Source of the DNA: an uncultured virus (IMG/VR IMGVR_UViG_3300043570_001981)
Taxonomy: Duplodnaviria; Heunggongvirae; Uroviricota; Caudoviricetes
Length of the DNA: 64,000 nucleotides
Virus record (IMG/VR): IMGVR_UViG_3300043570_001981
Strand: one strand, 5' to 3'
Positions 29,146 through 38,229 of this stretch are shown one piece after another. Every line of letters starts with the position of its first letter. The stretch's first letter is position 1. The notes under the pieces were generated by a model. It was not told the origin of the DNA. It saw only the letters and a program-made list of their open reading frames with translations, and searched no databases. Both the position numbers and the translations under genes were made by a program.

Positions 29146-29601
29146 TTAACTCTTACCAAATTTTTTATAAGATATGGTGTCTTCCCAATCTTTCTTGTAT
29201 TGTTTTTCACCTTTGAAAGTTTCAGTCTCTTTTTTCTTAGCCTTTGGTTTGTGAATTTTTTTAGGCATCTTAGATTCTGATATTCCTAAAATAGATTGAA
29301 TATCTTTTTCAATCATTTCTAATCCCTCATCAATAGACTCAACATTACTTTGAAAATCAATAGTACCACCAGCTGTTTTAGTAACTAATAAATCATCAAT
29401 ATCAAAATCATATTTAATAGACAAATTATCAGTAGAAAAACTGACTACTAGTTCGTGGTCACTTTTATTCTCCCACTCATATATAATATTCTGACCATTA
29501 GTGACATTATCAACAAGATCTTTAAGTTCTTGCATTTTAGCATCAATGTAGTTTCCGTTTTCAACAAACTCTCTAATGAATTGATTATATTTTTTTATCA
29601 T
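29146..29601 (-). CDS. Hypothetical protein, putative internal head protein
   Basis: Starts MIKKYNQFIRE; TAATATATA at 29606-29614; basic C-terminus. Confidence 0.7.
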   Translation of the reverse strand: MIKKYNQFIREFVENGNYIDAKMQELKDLVDNVTNGQNIIYEWENKSDHELVVSFSTDNLSIKYDFDIDDLLVTKTAGGTIDFQSNVESIDEGLEMIEKDIQSILGISESKMPKKIHKPKAKKKETETFKGEKQYKKDWEDTISYKKFGKS

Positions 29602-29674
29602 GACTTATATATTAAAATCAAATAAACAAAATTGATATTTTAGAATATATCATGTAAGTAAATCATACCTAGAC

Positions 29675-30457
29675 ATGGCAAATAAAATAAAGTTCAAAAT
29701 TAAAAGTGATAAATTCTCTGATTTCATCAATAAATTAGAAGATTTAACTAAAATATCAGATACTATTAAGTTAAAAATAGACAACGATAATATTCTAATG
29801 TATTCTATGTTAGGAGGTAATGTTATGTTGGCTTTTAAGAACTATCTAATTAATACAAGAGATTATTTAGAATATGGTGATGATATGGATTACTCTATGG
29901 ATGTAATCATTGCAAATGCTAAGAAGTTTGTTAAGAATCTTAATTTTATTAAAGAGTCTGATAAAATAACACTAGAAATTTCTTATAAAGAATCACAAGA
30001 TGATGATACTATTATGTCTGCTAGGTCTTTACAGATTGTTGGTGGTAAATTAAAAGTAAATTGGATATCAGGTGAACATTATGAAATGAGAGATATCAAC
30101 AAAGTAGCTTTATCTCAAAGATTGAATCTTAAAAATAGAAAATGGGCTTTCGTTATAGAAAAGTCAGATTTCTCAGATGTTAAAAAACTTTCTAGTATTA
30201 ACGGTGAAAGAATTATAAACATAGGAGTTGTTGAAGGCAAAGTTTTACTTTCGGAAAGAGCAGCTTGGGAAATGGAAATTGGATCAATTGAATCTACTAG
30301 AAGTGCCAATCTTATCTTAAATAAAAAGTTTTTATCGTGTATAAACGATTCAGTGGATAATATTGAATTCAGTATATTTGACACATTTATGTTAGTTAAA
30401 GATGAGTATTCAAATTTGATGTTATCTTTTGAACAAGATTTTGAAGATGAAGATTAA
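29675..30457 (+). CDS. Probable DNA sliding clamp (gp45/PCNA-like)
   Basis: 260 aa; twofold pattern FKIKSDKFSDFINKLEDL..I.D.I.L.I / FVIEKSDFSDVKKLSSI....I.I; acidic tail; close to the polymerase gene. Confidence 0.5.
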   Translation: MANKIKFKIKSDKFSDFINKLEDLTKISDTIKLKIDNDNILMYSMLGGNVMLAFKNYLINTRDYLEYGDDMDYSMDVIIANAKKFVKNLNFIKESDKITLEISYKESQDDDTIMSARSLQIVGGKLKVNWISGEHYEMRDINKVALSQRLNLKNRKWAFVIEKSDFSDVKKLSSINGERIINIGVVEGKVLLSERAAWEMEIGSIESTRSANLILNKKFLSCINDSVDNIEFSIFDTFMLVKDEYSNLMLSFEQDFEDED

Positions 30458-30470
30458 TTTCTTATATTTG
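30440..30470 (+). promoter_or_regulatory. Bacteroidota-type primary sigma promoter, early, probably leaderless
   Basis: TTTG (30440-30443), 19-nt spacer, TATATTTG (30463-30470); ATG 4 nt later. Confidence 0.7.
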
Positions 30471-30474
30471 TATA

Positions 30475-30858
30475 ATGAACTCTCATTTTAAATACAAACT
30501 CCATATACAAAATCAAAATATAGAATTACTATATGATGATGTTAATACTGTTGACAAAAATATCAGAGCAGTTAGAGAAGTCAGAGTTATAAATTCAAAT
30601 GAATCACTCATTATGATGGTTGATGAAAGATTTAACGAGTTAGATTTTATTTATAATGATAAACCTAATGACCCATTTCATTATATAAATCAGTCAACTG
30701 AATACTTAAAGAAAAAATACAATGAATTAAAGTCAACAGACTTTAGATATAAATCAGGTGATGGATATGAAGGATCTAAGACAATACACTTAGAAGATTT
30801 CATTAACTTTCTAAAATTAGAAAATAGAGAAACAATAATTAATAACATATTAAAATGA
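30475..30858 (+). CDS. Hypothetical protein with C-terminal R-x2-(K/I)-I-x2-I-L tag
   Basis: Ends ENRETIINNILK. Confidence 0.7.
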   Translation: MNSHFKYKLHIQNQNIELLYDDVNTVDKNIRAVREVRVINSNESLIMMVDERFNELDFIYNDKPNDPFHYINQSTEYLKKKYNELKSTDFRYKSGDGYEGSKTIHLEDFINFLKLENRETIINNILK

Positions 30859-31205
30859 CAAGACAAGAAAGAAGATTACTCAATAGAACCAGACAATCCG
30901 CGTCATGGTTAGTGATATTGTGTATCGTATTAGGAGTTTGGTTGAAAACCAAATATAGTGATGTTTCATATGCTGAATCAGAGAAAGAAAATGTACTTCT
31001 CGATTTATTAGAATGTCAAAAAACTAATAATACTTTAACTCTAAAGTTAGATTCTTTTAACAGAGCTTGTATTAAACCAGTAGACACAACTCCTATTCCA
31101 AAACCAATAGTATATAAGCCAAAGTCTATTAAAATAGACACTGTGATTACAGATTCTATAAAACCTATTAAAAAAGATACTACTAAAAAAGATACTATAA
31201 AATAG
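30855..31205 (+). CDS. Single-pass membrane protein with D-T/S-x repeats
   Basis: Basic N-terminus, one TM helix, coiled coil, then DTT, DTV, DSI, DTT, DTI. Confidence 0.7.
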   Translation: MTRQERRLLNRTRQSASWLVILCIVLGVWLKTKYSDVSYAESEKENVLLDLLECQKTNNTLTLKLDSFNRACIKPVDTTPIPKPIVYKPKSIKIDTVITDSIKPIKKDTTKKDTIK

Positions 31206-31246
31206 TATTAAACTTTTTTAATTATTGTAATAAAAGCTCTTATTAC

Positions 31247-31801
31247 ATGAAACCTAATACTAATAGAAACCGAAATGTTCGTGTTATTAAAACGAACAAA
31301 CACAAATTAAACAACGAAGTTAGATTCCCACAAGTTAGACTTGTGGGTTTTTACGATGATCCAATTTTAATGAGCTCATATGAAGCTTCTAAACTAGCAG
31401 AGGAGAATGAGCTAGACTTAATTCTTATTAATGAAAATCAAGACCCACCTATTGTTAGAATCGAAGACTATAAAAAGTTTTTATATGACACAGAAAAGGC
31501 TGAAAAAGAGAAAAAGAAAAACTCTGTTAAATCTATCACAAAAGAAATTCAACTAAGTCCAGAAATATCTGAGAATGACTTAAATACAAAGGTTAAAAAA
31601 GGTCTTGAATTTCTAGAAGATGGTAACAAGATTAAAGTTGTTTTACAACTAAAAGGTAGACAAAAAGCAACTCCTCAAAGAGGTGAATTAACAATGTTAA
31701 AATTTGCTAAGTCTATTGACGAAAATGGCACATTAGAATCTCTTCCTAAGCTAGAAGGTGGTAGATGGTTCATGATGGTAAAGCCGATTTCTAAAAAATA
31801 A
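31247..31801 (+). CDS. infC: Translation initiation factor IF-3
   Basis: N.E.R..QVRLVG...EA..LAEE.ELDLILI.....PPIVRIEDY.KFLY...K; KEIQLSP.I.END...K.KK..EFLEDGNKIKV.L..KGR; PKLEG. Confidence 0.93.
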   Translation: MKPNTNRNRNVRVIKTNKHKLNNEVRFPQVRLVGFYDDPILMSSYEASKLAEENELDLILINENQDPPIVRIEDYKKFLYDTEKAEKEKKKNSVKSITKEIQLSPEISENDLNTKVKKGLEFLEDGNKIKVVLQLKGRQKATPQRGELTMLKFAKSIDENGTLESLPKLEGGRWFMMVKPISKK

Positions 31802-31841
31802 GAACCAAACTTTATATCATGTTTTTTATATAATTTCTACT

Positions 31842-33269
31842 ATGACAAAAGAGGAGAAATTAAAAAAAATAGAAACGTTAAAGAAAAAATCGAATGAACT
31901 GAAAAAAGAAGTCGATTATTATAACGCTTTACAACTCGCGCTTAAATTGGTACTTAACGGTTCCTATGGTGCGTTTGCTACCTCTTATTTTATTCTTTAT
32001 AACAATCACGTTGCTGGTACAATTACAGCTCAAGGTCGTGACTTAACCAGAACAATGGATAAAGTTAATGAAGACTATTGGTATAACCAATGGCATCTTG
32101 ACCACGAACTTCATTTCAAATTAGGTATAAAAGAAGTAACTCAAATCAATAAGAATGAACCTGTTAGTATTTACGCTGATACCGATTCACTATTTGTTTC
32201 TTTCAAACCGGCTATTGACCATTGTGTTTGGAAGGATTTAGTATTCAATAACGATCACTTAAACTCACTAGATTCAAAATTTATCATCCTAACAAATGAT
32301 GAAACAAAAACAAGTAATCCAAATTGTGTTGGTGTCGCTCATAAACTATCTGAATTAGAACAACTAATTAAAAGTGATTATGATTTATTATTAATAGATG
32401 GTAATTATGTAAAAGATAGAGGTTTGAATAAAATGATTAACAATGGAGTATTCACTTCTGAAATTAGATGGAATTGGAATTCAGAACAAGATTTTATTCA
32501 AGGTGCTGACCACTTTAGATATGGTGGTTACTTTAAGAAATGTTTAGAAGATTACGCAGAATCATTTGGTGTTGAGAATAAAGAAGATTTTGAGTTAGAA
32601 AGAATTTCAGAATCAATGATTAACATTGCTAAGAAGAAATATATCTGTCACATCACCTATGAAGATGGTATTCCTTATGAGAGATTGAATTATATCTATC
32701 CTAAAGGTGTTGAACTTGTTCGTTCATCAACTCCGGCATTTGCTCGTGAAAAGATTGTACACATTGTTAAATATCTATTCTCACACCCAGACACTTTTAA
32801 CATCAAAGACTTATTAAAATTAGTTAAGGGTTTAAGAAAAGAATTTGAACTAGCTGATATTGATGATATCTGTATGCAATCATCTGTATCTAAATATGAA
32901 ACTAAAGTTTTAGAAGACACTAAACTTCCTTTACAATTTGTAAGTGGTGCTCACTTTGCTGTTAAATCAGGAGCTCATCATAATTACTTATTATCGTTGA
33001 ATAAAGAATATCAACAAAAGTATGAGTTTATTAAATCAGGTGTTAAAATTAAATACTATTGTTGTAAAGATAAATCAGTAACTGATATGTTTGCTTACTC
33101 TCGTGGATCTTATCCTATTGAGTTTGCACCAGAGATCGATTATGATCTTCAGTTTTCTAAGTCTATTCTTTCTCCAATTAATTCAATTATTGAACCATTG
33201 GGAATGCCCGAGATAACAGCTCGTTTAACGATAGTGATGGATATATTTGGTGGTAAAGGAGGATTTTAA
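31842..33269 (+). CDS. Family B DNA polymerase, C-terminal subunit of a split gp43-like enzyme
   Basis: QLALKLVLNGSYGA (motif B), ITAQGR, YADTDS (motif C), AKKKY, KGVELVRSSTP, IDYDLQFSK. No exonuclease domain or motif A. Confidence 0.88.
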   Translation: MTKEEKLKKIETLKKKSNELKKEVDYYNALQLALKLVLNGSYGAFATSYFILYNNHVAGTITAQGRDLTRTMDKVNEDYWYNQWHLDHELHFKLGIKEVTQINKNEPVSIYADTDSLFVSFKPAIDHCVWKDLVFNNDHLNSLDSKFIILTNDETKTSNPNCVGVAHKLSELEQLIKSDYDLLLIDGNYVKDRGLNKMINNGVFTSEIRWNWNSEQDFIQGADHFRYGGYFKKCLEDYAESFGVENKEDFELERISESMINIAKKKYICHITYEDGIPYERLNYIYPKGVELVRSSTPAFAREKIVHIVKYLFSHPDTFNIKDLLKLVKGLRKEFELADIDDICMQSSVSKYETKVLEDTKLPLQFVSGAHFAVKSGAHHNYLLSLNKEYQQKYEFIKSGVKIKYYCCKDKSVTDMFAYSRGSYPIEFAPEIDYDLQFSKSILSPINSIIEPLGMPEITARLTIVMDIFGGKGGF

Positions 33270-34081
33270 GAAATATCTTTACCATTAAGATTTCCTTTAG
33301 TGAATATTTTGATACCACTGTCTGTCGGAGAACAGAACCAATCAATGTTACTATAAGCATTTTGACCACCTATTGATTTATCAATTGCCTTTTTAGCACC
33401 ATCTTCTTTATTTTTAACTTGGACTGTGTATATCTTATCATTTTTTAAAACGATTAAATCAATACCATATATCATATCAATAAAGTCACCATCTCCACCT
33501 TGATATAGAACTTGACATCCTTTAGATTCTAACATTTGTCTAACTTTATCTTCAGCAATTTCACCAAGTGCTGAGTTTTTTCTATTCCATGAAGTATAAT
33601 TTTTAAAATCTAAATTATTCTTAATTAAAGTATAAAGGTCAACACTACTGTTATACTCCATTACCCATTTTTTTAGATCATTCTCATTCTGAATATTACC
33701 TACTTCATCGTAAACTCCTATAGACTTATACAAATCATATAAAAGTTCAGCTTGGTCAAAAGAATTAGTATTTAACTTATTAACAGGGTGCCATTTACCC
33801 ACTGAGTCTAAAACTTTATTTAAGTTATTTAACTTAAAAGTATTATAAACACCACCATTATCTTTAATATCAGAATATTTGCCTGTTTTATATAAAATAG
33901 AAAGACCCATTTGATAATCAGGGTTAAAATTTTTTGGAGTTGAATTCTCATTCACTAGTTTAGTAATCGCATCATACATTCCACATTTATAAGTAATAAA
34001 ATCTCTTGACATTCCCAACTTGTAAACAAATGATGGTCTAGTAATAAGTGATTCTAAGATTAGTTCTGAGTATTTTTTCAT
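33266..34081 (-). CDS. PD-(D/E)xK-type nuclease, putative internal head protein
   Basis: Start re-assigned to MKKYSELILES at 34081 (TAATATATA at 34087-34095); GEIAED.V...DMIYGIDLIV......TVQVK. Confidence 0.65.
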   Translation of the reverse strand: MKKYSELILESLITRPSFVYKLGMSRDFITYKCGMYDAITKLVNENSTPKNFNPDYQMGLSILYKTGKYSDIKDNGGVYNTFKLNNLNKVLDSVGKWHPVNKLNTNSFDQAELLYDLYKSIGVYDEVGNIQNENDLKKWVMEYNSSVDLYTLIKNNLDFKNYTSWNRKNSALGEIAEDKVRQMLESKGCQVLYQGGDGDFIDMIYGIDLIVLKNDKIYTVQVKNKEDGAKKAIDKSIGGQNAYSNIDWFCSPTDSGIKIFTKGNLNGKDIS

Positions 34082-34113
34082 AATGGTATATATTAAATTA
34101 AAATATATAAAAT

Positions 34114-34344
34114 ATGAAAACAGATACAATATATCCATATTATTTATCATATTTAGAAGAAAGACTAAAAGATGGTAAAATATCAAAAGGTTCCTTTGCT
34201 CTACTAAGGATGAGCGACTCTCCGTTTTGTGATTTCAAATTCAGATTTGAAAATGATGAAATTTTCACTAAAAGAATGTTAGAACTACATAAGTCTGAAA
34301 TAAGAGACCAAAAAATAGATGATATATTTGATGACCTTGATTGA
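34114..34344 (+). CDS. Hypothetical protein with C-terminal RDQKIDDIF tag
   Basis: 76-aa ORF. Confidence 0.7.
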   Translation: MKTDTIYPYYLSYLEERLKDGKISKGSFALLRMSDSPFCDFKFRFENDEIFTKRMLELHKSEIRDQKIDDIFDDLD

Positions 34345-34723
34345 TGAGATAATCGTTATGGACATACCCGTTAAGTTTTATGAGGGTATAAATTTTGATG
34401 AGGCTATTAAACACTCAAAAGATGGATTAAATGGATACATTATATTTTTTATTAATAGGTGGGAAGATGAAGTTCATTTATATAATAGAGATAAAAAGAT
34501 AGATAGTATTATTAACAATTCTGAATTTAGAGAGTTTGAATCAGAAGATATAGAAAATCCATATGTATCTATCTATCAAGTAGATGGTGTTGGTATTGAA
34601 GAAATGTATAAAACTATAAGAAATAAAATAGAAAATAAGAATTTTCCAAATCAACCTTGGGAGCCTGTTAGTGGTTTTGGTAAAGGAGCTTGGAAAATAA
34701 CAAATAATAAGAGTGGTAATTAA
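34331..34723 (+). CDS. Hypothetical protein with internal RDKKIDSII motif
   Basis: ORF 34319..34723; the second ATG at 34331 gives a smaller overlap. Confidence 0.65.
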   Translation: MTLIDEIIVMDIPVKFYEGINFDEAIKHSKDGLNGYIIFFINRWEDEVHLYNRDKKIDSIINNSEFREFESEDIENPYVSIYQVDGVGIEEMYKTIRNKIENKNFPNQPWEPVSGFGKGAWKITNNKSGN

Positions 34724-34736
34724 ATATATACCTTGA

Positions 34737-35249
34737 ATGAATATTATGAAACATCTAATGCGATATGAGGGTTATACGTCCAGAGAAAGAGTGGATGACA
34801 TCTTAGATAAGATATCTAAGTATGGTATGAAATCGCTTACATCTTTGGAAAAAGAGTTCTTAAACTCATTCAAAACAGGTGAGGAAGAGAAAACACACGA
34901 TAAGATAGCAAAAGAAGAAACAGAATCTATTTTTGAAGATGATAATGGTTACTTTAAGTTTGAACACGAAGAAACAGAAGATTATGGAGATGAGATACAC
35001 TACATAGGAACTTTATATGTACCACAGTTAGAATTACCAAATGGTAAGAAAATAGAAGGTAGATTAGAAGGTAGAATAATCGTTTATAATGGAGGACAAG
35101 TATCACCTGATTTCTATTCAATAGCAAAAGATCCACATACACATGACAACTATGATGTTTTTGAATTTTGTAATGGATTAGAGTATGAATTAGACTCATT
35201 TGTTGATTATGTGGTGTCGGAATTAGATGAAAAAAACAAAGATTTGTAA
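34737..35249 (+). CDS. Hypothetical protein with VDDILDKISKYG..SLT..EKEFL motif
   Basis: MKHLMRYEGY (ATG 34746) leader followed by the shared helical motif. Confidence 0.75.
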   Translation: MNIMKHLMRYEGYTSRERVDDILDKISKYGMKSLTSLEKEFLNSFKTGEEEKTHDKIAKEETESIFEDDNGYFKFEHEETEDYGDEIHYIGTLYVPQLELPNGKKIEGRLEGRIIVYNGGQVSPDFYSIAKDPHTHDNYDVFEFCNGLEYELDSFVDYVVSELDEKNKDL

Positions 35250-35295
35250 CTTAATATATAATATCTATAATAATTAAAAAAATAAGTAAAATATC

Positions 35296-35811
35296 ATGAT
35301 TAAAAGATATAATCAATTTGTACAAGGTAAAGTAAACGAAGAGTTTGATATGGATGCTATGGAAGCTCCAATCGTTGACATGCCAGAAGCTGAAGAATCT
35401 CCAGTGAATGAATTACCTGAGGTTGAAGAAGCTCCAGAAACAGAACTACCTGAAGAAGAAGGTGGTGAGTATCAAGGTCAGATATTGTTAAATCAATTAG
35501 CTAATGAATTAGGAACTGAAGTTGACGCCGATGGTTCAATTAATTACGAAGGTAAAAAAATCAATTTTTATTCAGAAACTGAAAAGTTTCACGTTGATAA
35601 CAAAAAATTCTCAACAGCTGAAGAAGTTGTTAACTATCTAGGTGGTTCTAACGAATCTCCTGAACATACACATACTCATGAAGAAGAACCATCATTTGAT
35701 GAAACTGAAGGTGACTTAGCTCGTAGAGACTTAGAAGATGAAACGGGAGCTTTTGAATCTAAAAGTTACAAACACACAAGAAAATTTGAAAGTTTTAGAA
35801 AAAATAAATAA
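35296..35811 (+). CDS. Highly acidic protein, putative prohead core/internal protein
   Basis: Starts MIKRYNQFVQGKVNEE; Glu-rich; ends RKFESFRKNK; TAATATATA at 35252-35260. Confidence 0.7.
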   Translation: MIKRYNQFVQGKVNEEFDMDAMEAPIVDMPEAEESPVNELPEVEEAPETELPEEEGGEYQGQILLNQLANELGTEVDADGSINYEGKKINFYSETEKFHVDNKKFSTAEEVVNYLGGSNESPEHTHTHEEEPSFDETEGDLARRDLEDETGAFESKSYKHTRKFESFRKNK

Positions 35812-35812
35812 C

Positions 35813-35841
35813 AAAAAAACCACTCATTGAGTGGTTTTTTT
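35813..35841. terminator. Bidirectional terminator, CCACTCA family
   Basis: AAAAAAACCACTCATTGAGTGGTTTTTTT. Confidence 0.85.
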
Positions 35842-35859
35842 GTTTTAAATAAGTAATGA

Positions 35860-36183
35860 TTACTTAACTTCTTCAGAAGAAGTTTCAGTACCAGTAGCAA
35901 TAGCAGCATCTGATTTGTGTTTAGATACGCTAACTTTACTTCCTGTGAAATTCTTGTAACCAATTAATCCAGCTCCAATCATAGTAAAAGCAATAGCTTG
36001 TGTGATAATATCCATAGACTCATCTATAAACATTTTGTCAATAACACCTAGTAAGAAAGATAAACATCCTACTACTACAATCATAAATCCAGATGTTGAC
36101 GTTACAGATGTCTTTCCATCAGGATTTGAAGTCATTTCTCCGAATGACCATTTTTTAATGTCTCCAATTTTAGGTAAACTCAT
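35860..36183 (-). CDS. Two-TM membrane protein, holin candidate
   Basis: 107 aa with two hydrophobic helices and a charged C-tail; late-type motif upstream. Confidence 0.55.
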   Translation of the reverse strand: MSLPKIGDIKKWSFGEMTSNPDGKTSVTSTSGFMIVVVGCLSFLLGVIDKMFIDESMDIITQAIAFTMIGAGLIGYKNFTGSKVSVSKHKSDAAIATGTETSSEEVK

Positions 36184-36262
36184 AGTGATTAAATTATTTT
36201 TTCATGGATATATATAATTTTAGGAAAGTGATTAATTTCAATATATATCCTATTAGATAATT

Positions 36263-36733
36263 ATGAGATTAGTCAAGATATTAAAATTTATATACAAAGC
36301 AGAGCATCCACACTTCTTATCGGTTGACAAAGAAACATACTTCAAGTGGAGTTGGTTGATTAAATCGGTAGTTGGGTTGAACAAGAGTTATAAGTCTTGT
36401 GAGATTTTTAGAAAAAAGTATAAGATAATGGAAGACTTTGTTGTCATTGGTTTGAAATACAATGGTAAAAATGTTAAAAGACGAACTTCGGGGTTTGCTA
36501 AAGAGTTCTTAGATGAAAATGAGTCTTCAGATTGTATCTATTGTGATAGAAAATTAGATAAGGAAAATGCAACAGCAGACCATATCATTCCAATTTCAGA
36601 AGGTGGCAACAATTGCCAGGTAAACTTAGTTGTTTGTTGTAAAGATTGTAATAACCAAAGAGGTAATATGGATTTTAAGACCTACATATCTATAAAGAAA
36701 AAGGATATAAAATTTAAAAAGTTCTTTATCTAA
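36263..36733 (+). CDS. HNH endonuclease
   Basis: CIYC...ATADHIIPISEGG.N...NLVVCC..CN..RG. Confidence 0.88.
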   Translation: MRLVKILKFIYKAEHPHFLSVDKETYFKWSWLIKSVVGLNKSYKSCEIFRKKYKIMEDFVVIGLKYNGKNVKRRTSGFAKEFLDENESSDCIYCDRKLDKENATADHIIPISEGGNNCQVNLVVCCKDCNNQRGNMDFKTYISIKKKDIKFKKFFI

Positions 36734-37926
36734 AGATTTTTCAGCGAATCAAACTTCTTATTATAATCAACAGCTTCAACTGTATTTCTTTTTCTTTTAA
36801 ATTTAGGAATCCATCTCAAATCTAAAATATCTGAACTAAAAAACTTTTGAAGTTCTAACTTCTTATAAGGATCCGGAACTAACTCTGATAATTTATTAAT
36901 ATCTTTTACTTTACTAATTCTATGTAAAAGCCTATAAGGATCCGGAGAGTTCTTTTTATCAACAATATCTTCAAATAACTTCTTCCATAAAAATACCGAA
37001 AACTTTTCTTTTAATTTTTCTTCTGATTTTTTATAACCAGCTTCATCATTATCAAAAAAGTATTGTATATCTAAGTTATTGTTTTCAAGAAATCTATAAT
37101 CAGTATTAACACCAACAAGTCCTATAGCATTTGGGAAAAACAAAGAGTCGAGATAACCTTCAAATACGGTTATTCTTTCACCAAAATCAACATTAAGTAT
37201 ATTAAAGTAATAGGATAGTTTATTGTAAATAATTAATTCTGACATATCAGGTTCTGGTAAATCTTTTCCAAGACTAACCCATTCTAATAAATTCTCATAA
37301 TTATAAATCTTGAATGTTCTTCTTTTACCTTCTTTTAGATTACGAGTTTGCATACCCAATACCTTATCACCTTTTCTATTAAGAGATACTATTATCCATT
37401 CAGACTCATCTTCGTTTTTCCAATATTTAGCTTGGTAGATATTTTTATGATATTCTGGTGGAATACCACGACCAACTAAATACTTATAAACACCGCCATT
37501 AACTTGAATTGGTTTGAAATCAGATATTGGTGTTATATCAGCATTAAAAACTCTTTCTAGTTCAGACATATCAATAAGATTTTCAAATCTAGCATCAACA
37601 AAGTCTCCTTCATAGTCAGAATAAGTCATAACACTATTTAAGTGTTCAATCATTTCTAACTTTTTATCTGGATCTAATTGTTCATTGAAGTCTTTACAAA
37701 GTCTATCAAAAGTTGTTTTCTTATCACAGTTAAAGCAAATAAATATAAGACGATTATAATAGAAGTTACCTCTTTTGGCATGTTGATTTTTATGAGAGTC
37801 TCCACAATATGGACAAGCAAAATTAACACGGTCAACATAATCAACCGCCTTTCTCTTTGCGACACTAGAAAATTCCTTATTAAGAATTTTCTGCACCATA
37901 TTTCTTAAATATACTTTGTCCATCAC
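36730..37926 (-). CDS. DNA primase, T4 gp61-like
   Basis: NFACPYCGDS...CFNC zinc finger; YL..RGI; TOPRIM VFEGYLDSLF, FFDNDEAG, KDIN. Confidence 0.9.
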   Translation of the reverse strand: MMDKVYLRNMVQKILNKEFSSVAKRKAVDYVDRVNFACPYCGDSHKNQHAKRGNFYYNRLIFICFNCDKKTTFDRLCKDFNEQLDPDKKLEMIEHLNSVMTYSDYEGDFVDARFENLIDMSELERVFNADITPISDFKPIQVNGGVYKYLVGRGIPPEYHKNIYQAKYWKNEDESEWIIVSLNRKGDKVLGMQTRNLKEGKRRTFKIYNYENLLEWVSLGKDLPEPDMSELIIYNKLSYYFNILNVDFGERITVFEGYLDSLFFPNAIGLVGVNTDYRFLENNNLDIQYFFDNDEAGYKKSEEKLKEKFSVFLWKKLFEDIVDKKNSPDPYRLLHRISKVKDINKLSELVPDPYKKLELQKFFSSDILDLRWIPKFKRKRNTVEAVDYNKKFDSLKNL

Positions 37927-37992
37927 ATGATATATTATAAAAAAACTATTTAGTTTATTTTTATAAAAGTTATATAATTAGTATATTTGTAT

Positions 37993-38229
37993 ATGGAAAA
38001 TTTGAAACAAGTTTATGAGATAGGAAGAGATGTTAGAGATTCTGATATTCCAGAAATCTGGAAAGAAAGTTTTGAAAAATTCATGATGGGTCAAACTTGT
38101 CAAGCTGAAACTAACGAAGATGGAAGTATAAAAGAGTTTATTTATTACGCTTGTGATTTTCGTATGTGGTATAATATGAATAAAGAATCGATTGAAAGAG
38201 ATATTAAAATAGACCAAGTTATAAAATAA
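37993..38229 (+). CDS. Hypothetical protein with C-terminal RDIKIDQVI tag
   Basis: ATG at 37993 lies 3 nt after TATATTTG (37982-37989). Confidence 0.7.
   Translation: MENLKQVYEIGRDVRDSDIPEIWKESFEKFMMGQTCQAETNEDGSIKEFIYYACDFRMWYNMNKESIERDIKIDQVIK

Noticed and set aside
32220..32490. Polymerase insertion as an intein or intron
   Set aside because: No His-Asn followed by Cys/Ser/Thr, no LAGLIDADG motif, and the frame is uninterrupted.
26770..34186. Track starts at 26898, 29210 and 34186
   Set aside because: The extensions overlap neighbouring genes or promoters. Internal ATGs at 26769, 29144 and 34081 follow the late motif or an upstream stop and begin with the shared leader.
19471..36733. 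MTase plus PD-(D/E)xK or HNH nuclease as a restriction-modification system
   Set aside because: The genes are 13-17 kb apart with different promoter classes; nothing links them.
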